A stretch of 64,000 nt of DNA from Parcubacteria group bacterium LiPW_41 (GTDB lineage: Bacteria > Patescibacteriota > Minisyncoccia > UBA6257 > GWB1-50-10): positions 100,531 to 164,530 of the forward strand of contig VMEM01000003.1 in NCBI GenBank assembly GCA_007375535.1, given 5' to 3'. The position numbers and the translations under genes were made by a program. Under the pieces are notes generated by a model. It saw nothing but the letters and a program-made list of their open reading frames with translations. It searched no databases and had not been told where the DNA came from. Positions 1 to 9,001 of this stretch are shown one piece after another. Numbering within the stretch: the first letter of the stretch is position 1; each line of letters starts with the position of its first letter.

Positions 1-16
1 TTACAATTTTAAAAAT

Positions 17-292
17 TTGACGGTTATTATCACTGATTCTCGAGCAAATAACAAAAAATTAAAAAAAGTATCCTCAAATCTATTGAGGGGTGGGAAGTTG
101 ATTCTATTTAATCAGAAAAATATGACAAATAAGGTTTTTGACAACGTCTTAACACTAAGTGCAAGTAAAAAGGATAATAGGACTTTTAAAGTCTTTAACG
201 GGAGAGAAATTAAATATGATGCAAAACAGATAAGTTTCTATCCATATTTTTTATCACTCGAATTACTTAAAGAAGAAAGAAAAAAAGGTTAA
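17..292 (+). CDS. hypothetical small basic protein
   Basis: 91-aa ORF with no recognisable motifs; runs off towards the window start. Confidence 0.2.
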   Translation: MTVIITDSRANNKKLKKVSSNLLRGGKLILFNQKNMTNKVFDNVLTLSASKKDNRTFKVFNGREIKYDAKQISFYPYFLSLELLKEERKKG

Positions 293-296
293 TAAA

Positions 297-1577
297 TTAG
301 ACACCCTTAGTAAGCGTATAAAACATCAAGACGGCAGCGACGCCCATTAGAACGAAGGTGAGCCAGATGAATATTTTTGAGAGAATGCCACTGGTATATT
401 CTCCCATTATTTTTTTATTCTGAGCGATTCGGGCGATAACAAAGATAAGGGGGACTGCCGCAACGCCGTTAAATACTGCGGTAAAAACAAGCGCTTTCAT
501 TGGATCAATACCAATGAAGTTAATCATCAATCCAACTAGTGTTGCGACAGTGATCACCCCATAAAATCCATGGGCGCGTTTGAATTTTCGGTTTAATCCT
601 TCTTTCCAGTTGAATGCTTCTGATACTGCGTATGATGCAGAAGCAGAGAGTACGGGGATTCCTAGGAAGCCAAGACCTAAAATACCGATAGAGAAAATAA
701 GTTTCGCGAGAAATCCTGCGTTAGGAAACGTATTCACTAATGGTTCCAAAGCTTTGGCCGCATCCGCTGCAGTTCTTATATTGGTAATTCCATTTGCAAA
801 AAGAACTGTTCCAGCGACCACAATAATACACCACGTCGCAAGATTTGAAGAAATCATTCCAACAACAGTATCCATTCGAATCGCCTTCATCAACTTTTTT
901 GTTATTGCTGGCTTTCCATCCTTTATTAAATGGTTTGCACGTTCTTCTTCAACTTCTTCTGATGCCTGCCAAAAGAACATGTAAGGGGAAATAGTTGTTC
1001 CTAGCACACCCGTGATAATAAACAAAAAAGCGAAACTGAGTTCAAAATTAGGAATAAGTGTTGCGTGCATTACTTCTTTCCATGGTAAGCGAATTAAAAA
1101 TACCGTAAGTGGGTACGCAAGAAGTGCAAGTGTGGCCCATTTCAAAATCTTCACATAATTTTTATATGAAACAAATATTTCAAGTACTAAAATTATTGCG
1201 GCAAAAAATAACACTAATACTCCGAATGGAAGGGGGATGATGAGTTGTGCTGCTGCGCCCATTGCTCCAAGGTCTGCACCAATGTTGATGGTGTTTGCAA
1301 GAAGCACGAGAAAGACTACTGAATAGAGTACCCATTTTTTATAGTGTTCTTTTATTACTGCCGCAATCCCTTTTCCTTGCGTTGCACCAATACGCGCGCA
1401 TGCTTCTTGTACTGAAATCATAAACGGAAGCATAAAGAGTGCGGTCCACAACTGACCGTATCCAAATTGTGCTCCAGTTTGCGAGTAGGTTGCGATTCCT
1501 GATGGATCGTCATCTGCCGCACCGGTAATTACTCCAGGACCAGCTGATTTAACGAATTTTCGTACTCCTTTGAACAT
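297..1577 (-). CDS. mntH: Nramp-family divalent metal (Mn2+/Fe2+) transporter
   Basis: Nramp signature GPGVITGAADDDPSGIATYSQTGAQFGY with multiple TM segments. Start moved to the internal ATG at 1575-1577 (MFKGVRK); the ORF-track start lies inside the upstream gene's terminator. Confidence 0.8.
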   Translation of the reverse strand: MFKGVRKFVKSAGPGVITGAADDDPSGIATYSQTGAQFGYGQLWTALFMLPFMISVQEACARIGATQGKGIAAVIKEHYKKWVLYSVVFLVLLANTINIGADLGAMGAAAQLIIPLPFGVLVLFFAAIILVLEIFVSYKNYVKILKWATLALLAYPLTVFLIRLPWKEVMHATLIPNFELSFAFLFIITGVLGTTISPYMFFWQASEEVEEERANHLIKDGKPAITKKLMKAIRMDTVVGMISSNLATWCIIVVAGTVLFANGITNIRTAADAAKALEPLVNTFPNAGFLAKLIFSIGILGLGFLGIPVLSASASYAVSEAFNWKEGLNRKFKRAHGFYGVITVATLVGLMINFIGIDPMKALVFTAVFNGVAAVPLIFVIARIAQNKKIMGEYTSGILSKIFIWLTFVLMGVAAVLMFYTLTKGV

Positions 1578-1651
1578 AATTCGATTATTACATAAAATTT
1601 TTAATTTTGTAATTTTTAATTTTGTAAATAAAAAAGACCCGAATATTCGGG

Positions 1652-1984
1652 TCAAAATCTAAGAGCAAAATATGGAAGTACTATCGTTGTAAATGTTGAG
1701 AATATTACTATTGGTTCTGCAAATTCTTTTGTTCCATTGTTACTACTTTCATAAATATAAAAAGAAATTGCCAAACAGAGTCCCGCGAGAATTACAAGTA
1801 GTTTTGGGTTCTGTGCAAATGCAATAACAAGGAGAATCGAACCGAGAATGAGAAGAAACAATACAACGAAAATCATCTTTATGTAGTATTTATTCTCTTT
1901 TTTTAAAAACCCTCCTATATAGAGTCCGGATAACACTAAAAATAATCCAGACAGCAAGCAATACAAAAAAGGGAGAAATGGCAT
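1652..1984 (-). CDS. hypothetical small membrane protein
   Basis: 110-aa hydrophobic ORF preceded by RBS AAGGAGG; followed on its strand by hairpin GACCCGAATATTCGGGTC plus a T-run. Confidence 0.5.
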   Translation of the reverse strand: MPFLPFLYCLLSGLFLVLSGLYIGGFLKKENKYYIKMIFVVLFLLILGSILLVIAFAQNPKLLVILAGLCLAISFYIYESSNNGTKEFAEPIVIFSTFTTIVLPYFALRF

Positions 1985-2195
1985 AACACCTCCTTTATCT
2001 TATTTTTTAATGATAGTTCATTTATACGCTTGTTTTTGTAAAAGTCTAGAGTGGTGGGGAATGATTAAAAAAATGGAAAAATGAAAAACTAAATCACAAA
2101 CGAAAGAACATACAACTGTTGATAACTATATGTGCATTTTACCCTCATTTTATAAGGGTAAATTTGATATAGACCCAGAAGTTGTTTGAGTACAG

Positions 2196-2219
2196 CAAAG
2201 AGGGGGATCGTGGTATACT
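2196..2219 (+). promoter_or_regulatory. candidate mraZ promoter (extended -10 TGgTATACT)
   Basis: TGGTATACT at 2211-2219 with a weak -35 hexamer 17 nt upstream; located about 90 nt upstream of mraZ. Confidence 0.35.
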
Positions 2220-2230
2220 CATATATGTAA

Positions 2231-2276
2231 GTGGGGAATTGTGGATAAAAGTGTGGATAAGGTCGAAATCTGGGGA
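2231..2276 (+). promoter_or_regulatory. direct-repeat operator (GTGGGG/GTGGAT x3-4): MraZ-box array and/or DnaA boxes
   Basis: GTGGGGaattGTGGATaaaagtGTGGATaagg...TGGGGA between promoter and mraZ. Two perfect TGTGGATAA nonamers (the DnaA-box consensus) are spaced 12 nt apart. MraZ is known to bind GTGG-type direct repeats at its own promoter. Confidence 0.4.
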
Positions 2277-2310
2277 TAACCCTCAATAACTAACCAAGGT
2301 AACGCTAAAA

Positions 2311-2742
2311 ATGCTTCTCGGAGAATTTAAACATAACATTGATGAAAAGGGCCGCGTTGCGGTTCCCGCGAAGTTCCGGCATGCGTTTCAAGGAGGGGCT
2401 ATTATTACCCGAGGTCTCGATCACTGCCTTTTTATCTTTAGTCTCAGTGAGTGGGAGAATCTTGCTAAAAAAATCAATGATCTCCCGCTTGCGCAGGCTA
2501 ATTCTCGAGCGTTTTCTCGTTTGATGCTTGCTGGTGCAATGGATGTGAAAGTTGATGTGCAGGGACGCGTGCTTGTTCCTGATTATTTACGTGAATATGC
2601 AGGAATAAAGAAGCAGGTTGTTGTAGCTGGAGTATATAATCGTGCAGAAATCTGGGATGAGACAGCTTGGAATGAATATAAAGCGCGTACCGAATCAGCA
2701 TCTGATGAAATAGCCGAGAAGTTGGGTGAGTTGGGAATTTAG
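2311..2742 (+). CDS. mraZ: transcriptional regulator MraZ
   Basis: Starts MLLGEFKHNIDEKGRVAVPAKFR, the typical MraZ duplicated-domain start; heads the dcw-type cluster. Confidence 0.85.
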   Translation: MLLGEFKHNIDEKGRVAVPAKFRHAFQGGAIITRGLDHCLFIFSLSEWENLAKKINDLPLAQANSRAFSRLMLAGAMDVKVDVQGRVLVPDYLREYAGIKKQVVVAGVYNRAEIWDETAWNEYKARTESASDEIAEKLGELGI

Positions 2743-2746
2743 GAGT

Positions 2747-3634
2747 ATGACAAAACATATTCCAGTTCTTTTACGAGAAGCAATAGAGATTCTTAATCCA
2801 AAACTGGGAGAGTTTTTTATTGATGGAACATTGGGGGGTGGAGGACACACACTAGCAATTGCAGAACGATTGGGAAATTTTGGAAAAATGCTTTGTGTCG
2901 ATTGGGATAAAAATGCAGTGGAACATTTTAAAAAGCCAGAAGGAAGAGATGTTCCTGAAATAATTGTGAAGAATGCAAATTATCGTGACATTCCGGAATT
3001 ATTGAAGGAAGAAAATTTACCAAAGGCAGATGGGCTCATTCTTGATTTAGGATTTTCTTCTGATCAAATTGAAGATCCAGAACGCGGATTTAGTTTTCAG
3101 CACGATGGTCCACTTGATATGCGGTATAGCGGAGAATATCAAAGCGCTGCGGATATTGTGAATCAATATCGAGAACATGAGTTAGAAACATTGTTCCATG
3201 CGTTTGGAGGGGAACGATACGCAGGACGAATTGCAAAAGCAATTTGTGAGGTGCGAAAGAAAAAGAAATTTGAGACTACTAAGGAGCTTGAAGATGTTAT
3301 TTATCATGTTGTTCCAGTAGCTGCGAGAAAGGGAAAGATCCATCCAGCAACACGAGTGTTTCAAGCGCTTCGTATTGCAGTAAATCATGAACTTGAAAAC
3401 GTTGCATTAATTCTTAAGGCGATTCCAGAATGTGTGAAACCTGGAGGAAGAGTAGGGATTATCACTTTTCACTCATTGGAAGACAAGGTGGTAAAGGAAG
3501 GATTTAAGGATCTTGTGAAAAATGGAAGGGCAGAGCTATTACACAAAAAACCGATTGCGCCACAACGAGATGAAACAAGAATAAATCCACGCAGTCGTTC
3601 AGCAAAAATTCGATCAATCAAAATTATTTCTTAA
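2747..3634 (+). CDS. rsmH: 16S rRNA m4C1402 methyltransferase RsmH (MraW)
   Basis: IPVLLREAIEIL...FIDGTLGGGGH SAM-MTase motif; RBS AGGAG before the ATG at 2747; sits immediately after mraZ. Confidence 0.85.
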   Translation: MTKHIPVLLREAIEILNPKLGEFFIDGTLGGGGHTLAIAERLGNFGKMLCVDWDKNAVEHFKKPEGRDVPEIIVKNANYRDIPELLKEENLPKADGLILDLGFSSDQIEDPERGFSFQHDGPLDMRYSGEYQSAADIVNQYREHELETLFHAFGGERYAGRIAKAICEVRKKKKFETTKELEDVIYHVVPVAARKGKIHPATRVFQALRIAVNHELENVALILKAIPECVKPGGRVGIITFHSLEDKVVKEGFKDLVKNGRAELLHKKPIAPQRDETRINPRSRSAKIRSIKIIS

Positions 3635-3652
3635 ATTAAAACCAAAAAAATC

Positions 3653-3943
3653 ATGACAATCATTCGTCCACACAAATCATCTTCAATAAAATATTTTCTC
3701 TATTCACTTTTTGGTGTATTATTAATTTGTGGTGGCTTTTATATTTCAGAGTACACCGCACTTGCAGAGACACGACACTCGATTGATACATTGAAAGGAT
3801 CTGTTGGAAAACTTCAGGAGGAAAATGCGGATTTGAAAAACGAACTTTATACGATGATTGATCCTTCCCGACTTGAAGCGGCTGGGGTTGGTTCGGGACT
3901 AGAAAAAGAGTCACGACCTCAATATGTCACAACAAATCAATAA
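3653..3943 (+). CDS. FtsL-like cell-division protein (single TM plus coiled coil)
   Basis: 96 aa with an N-terminal TM helix and a heptad-like C-terminus, in the rsmH-ftsI position. Assignment is positional. Confidence 0.45.
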   Translation: MTIIRPHKSSSIKYFLYSLFGVLLICGGFYISEYTALAETRHSIDTLKGSVGKLQEENADLKNELYTMIDPSRLEAAGVGSGLEKESRPQYVTTNQ

Positions 3944-4043
3944 ATTTTCAGAGCAAAATTTTCGTGGTCTCGATAAGAATTATTACTGTGAAACAAACTT
4001 AACTATAAAAATGTCGCAACCATCCACGAATTGCCTTTAAGAA

Positions 4044-5654
4044 ATGAAAGTCCGACTGTATATTATTACCGGATTTTTTACTTTATTGTTTACCGTTCTC
4101 GGCGTGAATCTGTTTCAGCTTCAAATCGAGAAGGGTAAGGATTTTACGAATAAAATTGAGGCACAAAATGCATCACGAGAAGAATTAAACCTACGAAGGG
4201 GGAGTATTTTGTTTTCAAATCGTTCTGGGGAGGAAATTCAGGTGGCGTTGAATAAAGATTTTCCAATTATCTATGCAGTACCAAAAGAGATAAAACCTGA
4301 AAAAGAAAAAGAAGTTGCACGAACTGTTGCTGCTTTGCTTTCTCTCGATGAAGAAAAATTAGTGAAGGATTTTTCAAATAAAAACAGTCTCTTTAAGCTT
4401 TTGAAAGACAAGGCAGATGATTCTCTTATTGCAACGGTTCGATCATTAAATATTGAGGGAGTGAAGACTCTCACTAAGCAATATCGATATTATCCATTCA
4501 ACGAACTTGCAAGTTCCCTTATTGGATTTGTCGGTGTCAATGAGGATCAAAACGAACCAGTTGGATTGTATGGAATCGAAAAAATGTACAATGAAGTACT
4601 TGCACGCGGAGATTCTGTTTCGTTCACTATTGATAGAGAGATACAAGCAAAAGCAGAACAAACACTCGAAGAACTTATTGCGGCACACAATGGAACGGGC
4701 GCAACAATTGTAGTTCAAGAGCCGATGACTGGAAAAATATTAGCATTAGCAAACAAGCCAAGTTTTGACCCAAATAATTATACTGACGCATCAACAAAGG
4801 ATTTTATGAATTCTGCTGTGCAGTATGTGTATGAGCCGGGTTCTGTGTTCAAACCGCTTACTATGTCTGCGGGAATTGATACTGGCGCAATTACTCCAGA
4901 AACAACATATGTTGATAAAGGAAGTGTGACGTTAAATGGGAGAACAATTCGGAATTGGGATTTAAAGGCACATGGAAAGGTTACAATGACGAACGCAATT
5001 GAACTTTCGTTAAACACTGCAACGGTTTTTGCTGAGCAAAAAACAGGACATAAAGTTTTTCTTGAATATCTAAAGAAATATGGACTTGGAGAGTTAACAG
5101 GGATTAGCCTTCCTGACGAAGTACGAGGAAGCATAAAAAATCTTGAACGAAAAGAAATTCGTGATGTTGATTTTGCGACTGCCGCGTATGGACAGGGTGT
5201 TTCGCTTACTCCGGTTCAACTCATTACTGCATTTTCTGCAATTGCAAATGGTGGTGTTTTAATGAAGCCTTATGTGCGGACTGATGAGTCTCCTTATGTG
5301 GTTAGGCGCGTTATAAAAAAAGAAACAGCAGACAAAGTTCGTTTGATGATGGAGTCTGCAGTTGATAAAGCAAAAATTGCAGCTATACCAAACTACCATG
5401 TTGCTGGAAAGACTGGCACGGCATTTATCCCTGATTTTAAACGTGGAGGATATACCGAAGATCTTATACAAACATTTGTTGGTTTTGCACCCGCCACGAA
5501 TCCAAAATTTGTGATTTTAATAAAACTTGATAGACCGGATAAGCCACTCGCTGGACTTACTGTTGTTCCTGCATTTAAAACATTTGCACAATTTATTTTA
5601 AATTATTATAACGTTCCGCCAGACAGAATTGTTGAACCAATCAAAACACAATGA
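4044..5654 (+). CDS. ftsI: penicillin-binding protein 2/3 transpeptidase (FtsI-like)
   Basis: N-terminal TM, SxxK (SVFKP) and KTG (KTGTA) motifs of class B PBPs. Confidence 0.8.
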   Translation: MKVRLYIITGFFTLLFTVLGVNLFQLQIEKGKDFTNKIEAQNASREELNLRRGSILFSNRSGEEIQVALNKDFPIIYAVPKEIKPEKEKEVARTVAALLSLDEEKLVKDFSNKNSLFKLLKDKADDSLIATVRSLNIEGVKTLTKQYRYYPFNELASSLIGFVGVNEDQNEPVGLYGIEKMYNEVLARGDSVSFTIDREIQAKAEQTLEELIAAHNGTGATIVVQEPMTGKILALANKPSFDPNNYTDASTKDFMNSAVQYVYEPGSVFKPLTMSAGIDTGAITPETTYVDKGSVTLNGRTIRNWDLKAHGKVTMTNAIELSLNTATVFAEQKTGHKVFLEYLKKYGLGELTGISLPDEVRGSIKNLERKEIRDVDFATAAYGQGVSLTPVQLITAFSAIANGGVLMKPYVRTDESPYVVRRVIKKETADKVRLMMESAVDKAKIAAIPNYHVAGKTGTAFIPDFKRGGYTEDLIQTFVGFAPATNPKFVILIKLDRPDKPLAGLTVVPAFKTFAQFILNYYNVPPDRIVEPIKTQ

Positions 5655-6964
5655 AGAAATTTATAATCACCATATTGCAAATTGCTTTAAAATATATTGC
5701 ACGAGGAGTTATTGCAAAATATAACCCAATGATTATTGGGATTACGGGAAGTGTGGGAAAAACATCTGCAAAAGAAGCTATACGAAACGTTGTGGCGCGA
5801 GAACGAACAGTTCGTGCTCCATCAAAAAATTTCAATAACGAACTTGGTCTTCCACTCACTATTATCGGAGATTTTAAATCAATCGGAGGAATTTTCTTTT
5901 GGTTTTTAGTACTTTTTAAAGGTATTTATATTCTTCTTATTAAGGATAAAGCATATCCCGAAGTTCTAGTTCTTGAGTATGGAATTGATCGCCCAGGAGA
6001 TATGAAAAAGTTGCTTGATATTGCGCGTCCTCATATTGGAATATTCACCGCAATGGGAAAGATTCCTGTTCATATTGAGTACTTTACGGGTCCTGAGCAG
6101 GTCGCAAAAGAAAAAGCAAAACTTATCGCACAATTACCCGCAACGGGATTTGCAATTTTAAATGCGGACGATCCATTGGTAATGAAGGCAAAAAGTGAGA
6201 CGCGCGCACAAGTGGTAACATTTGGAATGGGAGAACATGCAGAGGTGAGAATTAGTAATTTTTCAAATCATTTTGATGGGCATAGTGCGGGAATTTCTAT
6301 GAAACTTACGTATGGAGGAAGTTTCGTTCCTGTTCGTGTTGATGGGGCATTAGGGGAAGCGCAAGCAATCACTTCTGCAATTGCATCTGCAGTTGGGTTA
6401 GTATTTGGGATGAATCTTGTTTCAATTGCTGAGATACTTTCAAAATATGAAGCTCCATCGGGAAGACTACGATGTATTCAAGGAATTCGTGAATCAATGA
6501 TTATTGATGATACATACAATGCGGCACCAAAGGCGATGGAGAATGCGATTGATACGCTTGTTTCACTTCCTTCAAGAAGGCATGTTGCAGTTTTGGGGGA
6601 TATGTTGGAGCTTGGGAAATATACACTTGAGGCACACGAAGAGATTGGGAAGAGAATAAAAAAGAAAGGAGTTGATGTGCTTATAACTGTTGGTCTTCGT
6701 GGAAAGTTAATTGCAGAGGCTGCACAGAATGCTGGGATGAATCAGAAAATGGTGTTTGTTGCAGATACAATTGACGAAGCAGTTCATATTCTTGAAGAAA
6801 AAATTCAAAAAGGGGATCTTATTTTAATAAAGGGATCACAAGGTGTTCGAATGGAGAGAATTGTAAAGCGAATAATGGCAGAACCAGAACATGCAAATGA
6901 GCGTCTCGCACGTCAGAATTCTGAGTGGATTGCAAAAAAGGGGATGTATGACGAGGGGGAGTAA
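5651..6964 (+). CDS. murF: Mur ligase, MurF-like (UDP-MurNAc-tripeptide:D-Ala-D-Ala ligase)
   Basis: GITGSVGKTS P-loop and ILNADDP motifs; 437 aa; overlaps the ftsI stop by 4 nt. Confidence 0.6.
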   Translation: MKKFIITILQIALKYIARGVIAKYNPMIIGITGSVGKTSAKEAIRNVVARERTVRAPSKNFNNELGLPLTIIGDFKSIGGIFFWFLVLFKGIYILLIKDKAYPEVLVLEYGIDRPGDMKKLLDIARPHIGIFTAMGKIPVHIEYFTGPEQVAKEKAKLIAQLPATGFAILNADDPLVMKAKSETRAQVVTFGMGEHAEVRISNFSNHFDGHSAGISMKLTYGGSFVPVRVDGALGEAQAITSAIASAVGLVFGMNLVSIAEILSKYEAPSGRLRCIQGIRESMIIDDTYNAAPKAMENAIDTLVSLPSRRHVAVLGDMLELGKYTLEAHEEIGKRIKKKGVDVLITVGLRGKLIAEAAQNAGMNQKMVFVADTIDEAVHILEEKIQKGDLILIKGSQGVRMERIVKRIMAEPEHANERLARQNSEWIAKKGMYDEGE

Positions 6965-6968
6965 AAAA

Positions 6969-6997
6969 TTGACATTTCATATGCAAAAATGTATAAT
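6969..6997 (+). promoter_or_regulatory. consensus sigma70 promoter TTGACA-N17-TGTATAAT
   Basis: Perfect -35 at 6969-6974 and perfect -10 at 6992-6997 with an adjacent TG. Followed by hairpin TCCGATGAtttgaTCATCGGA in the leader of the 7055 gene. Confidence 0.55.
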
Positions 6998-7054
6998 TTG
7001 TCCGATGATTTGATCATCGGATATTTTATAATTTCATAACAAAATGAGGTCAAT

Positions 7055-7468
7055 ATGATAGTACTTATTGTTCTTTTTATTTTAGGGGTCCTCTTTATTG
7101 CTATTGATTCAAAATTTGATGGAATGCGCTATCTCGGTATCCCCCTTGTGATAATTTTGGTAATACTTGTGTGTAGCGTTCTTATATCTTTGCCATTTAG
7201 TTTGGGAACGGTATCAGATTTAGAAAATTTTTACACGCGGAACCAAAATATTTATCAAGAAGCAGTCGTTTCATTTCCTGATGCGGCAACTCTTACTGCT
7301 TCTGATGGAACAACAAAAACTACAAAGATAACTTGGGATTATACTCGACAAGTTCTTAAATATAATGAAGACTTGCAGTGGTACAGAAAATATCAAAATC
7401 ACTGGTTTCTCGGAGTATTTATGTCATCGGTCCCTGATAGTCTGAAGTATGTTCAATTTAAAAAATAA
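7055..7468 (+). CDS. hypothetical membrane-anchored protein
   Basis: 137 aa with two N-terminal TM helices; RBS GAGG before the ATG. Confidence 0.5.
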   Translation: MIVLIVLFILGVLFIAIDSKFDGMRYLGIPLVIILVILVCSVLISLPFSLGTVSDLENFYTRNQNIYQEAVVSFPDAATLTASDGTTKTTKITWDYTRQVLKYNEDLQWYRKYQNHWFLGVFMSSVPDSLKYVQFKK

Positions 7469-7487
7469 CCCCTTCGGGGGTTTTTCT
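7468..7487. terminator. intrinsic terminator (ACCCCTTCGGGGGT plus T-run), bidirectional
   Basis: GC hairpin with a UUCG loop then TTTTTC; sits between the converging 7055 gene and tRNA-Glu. Confidence 0.55.
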
Positions 7488-7496
7488 TTACATTTG

Positions 7497-7568
7497 TAGT
7501 CCCAAGGAGAATCGAACTCCTATTTTTGCCGTGAGAGGGCAATGTCCTAACCGTTAGACGATGGGACC
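7497..7568 (-). tRNA. tRNA-Glu (anticodon CTC)
   Basis: Minus strand reads GGTCCCATCGTCTAACGGTTAGGACATTGCCCTCTCACGGCAA...GGAGTTCGATTCTCCTTGGGACTA. Cloverleaf with anticodon loop CTCTCAC and T-loop TTCGATT; collinear with E. coli tRNA-Glu. Confidence 0.85.
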
Positions 7569-7735
7569 TCGCTGATAATTCTACGTATTTTTTCTCCTAT
7601 TTGCAATAGTAGCGGTGTATAAATTGACATACTTTAAAAATTAAGCATAATATATGTGCAGTTTAACAAACCTATTTCGGTAAATATGCCGAAGGGATTT
7701 CAAAAATCATTTGGGTAAATATTCCCAAGGAGGTA

Positions 7736-8167
7736 GTGATGTCTAAGAAAAAAAGTGTTTCAACAATTGGAGTAGTAACTTCAATTGTTTGTTCGAACTT
7801 ATTAAAAATATTAAAAGAAATTCCTGACTACAATAAGTATTTCAGAAATTTTGGTGGGTTTTCATATGAAATCAAAAATCTAATTCCTGAAAATTTCTTT
7901 CTTCTCCACGTGTTTCCTGAGAAGTGGCAAAAAGGAAACTATATTCTCATTGAAATGGAAAGAAAGATTCAAGAAAATATGAATAAGGTTGAGTCATATA
8001 ATGTAGAAGTTATTGAGATTGTAATGGATAATAAATTTCATATGCGACTTGAGCCGGAAAAAGGAAATTTTGTTAATGAGGTAAAAAAAGTTGTCCATTT
8101 TACCTATAATCTTGATTTATATATGAAAGTTGAAACAGTACTTAAGAAGCTTTGTTGGTATGATTAG
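7736..8167 (+). CDS. hypothetical protein
   Basis: 143-aa ORF with RBS GGAGG; terminator follows. No motif recognised. Confidence 0.45.
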   Translation: MMSKKKSVSTIGVVTSIVCSNLLKILKEIPDYNKYFRNFGGFSYEIKNLIPENFFLLHVFPEKWQKGNYILIEMERKIQENMNKVESYNVEVIEIVMDNKFHMRLEPEKGNFVNEVKKVVHFTYNLDLYMKVETVLKKLCWYD

Positions 8168-8175
8168 TAATTTAT

Positions 8176-8203
8176 TCCGGCTCTATTGAGCCGGTTTTTT
8201 TTA
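8176..8203 (+). terminator. intrinsic terminator CCGGCTCtattGAGCCGG plus T8
   Basis: Perfect 7-bp GC stem followed by TTTTTTTT. Confidence 0.55.
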
Positions 8204-8246
8204 TTTTCAAAAGTTGAAAAAAGTGGTTTAATTAATAAATTAAGAG

Positions 8247-8909
8247 ATGATAACTGATTTGATTACATACATTACTCCATTTATTCAACAACACGGTGCG
8301 TGGGGTGTTTTTGTTATCTCAGTTATTGAAGAAGTAATTGCTCCAATTCCTTCTTCCTTTGCACTTCTCGGTGCTGGGTTCTTTTTACTTCCTTCGTATG
8401 ACTCGTTTTCAAGTGTTCTTCTTCAGTCGATATGGAAAGTGGTTATTCCTGGGGGTCTTGGGCTTGCAGTTGGATCGATGTTTATATATGCGCTTGTTTA
8501 TCTTGAGGGAGAGCCGATCATTCGGAAATATGGGAAATGGTTTGGTATTCATTGGAGTGATGTTGAAAAGATAAATAGTAAAATGAAACGAGGAAAGGCT
8601 GAAGAGTGGATTTTGTTTGGACTTCGGGCGCTTCCAATTGTCCCCAATATTGCGGTATCAGCTATGTGTGGACTAATAAAATATCCTGCAAAAAAATATT
8701 TTGTTATTACCTTTTTTGGAAGTGCACTGCGTGCGTTCTTAATGGGGATTTTGGGATGGTCTCTTGGGGAGGCATATGTTATTTACGCGAGTCAGATTGA
8801 AGAATTTGGCGCGTACGTTTTATATGGATTTATTGGTATTTGTCTGATTTGGGTGGGTTATTTTTTCATTCAAAAAATGCGTAAAAAACGTAGGAAAAAT
8901 GAGGGTTAA
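8247..8909 (+). CDS. DedA/SNARE-associated (VTT-domain) membrane protein
   Basis: 220-aa multi-TM protein with a DedA-like amphipathic N-terminus (EEVIAPIPSSFALLGAGFF). Confidence 0.55.
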   Translation: MITDLITYITPFIQQHGAWGVFVISVIEEVIAPIPSSFALLGAGFFLLPSYDSFSSVLLQSIWKVVIPGGLGLAVGSMFIYALVYLEGEPIIRKYGKWFGIHWSDVEKINSKMKRGKAEEWILFGLRALPIVPNIAVSAMCGLIKYPAKKYFVITFFGSALRAFLMGILGWSLGEAYVIYASQIEEFGAYVLYGFIGICLIWVGYFFIQKMRKKRRKNEG

Positions 8910-9001
8910 ATTGGCTTCCTTCCTGAAACTAAATGTGATATAATTAGGAAAAAGAAAGACGCAAAATATGGCGTTTTTTCTTTGGAAAAACAACGATTTT
9001 T

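Noticed and set aside
580-984. 134-aa (+) ORF
   Set aside because: It is antisense within the Nramp transporter gene. Other antisense ORFs inside gyrB, dnaE, smc, thrS and the 926-aa gene are rejected for the same reason.
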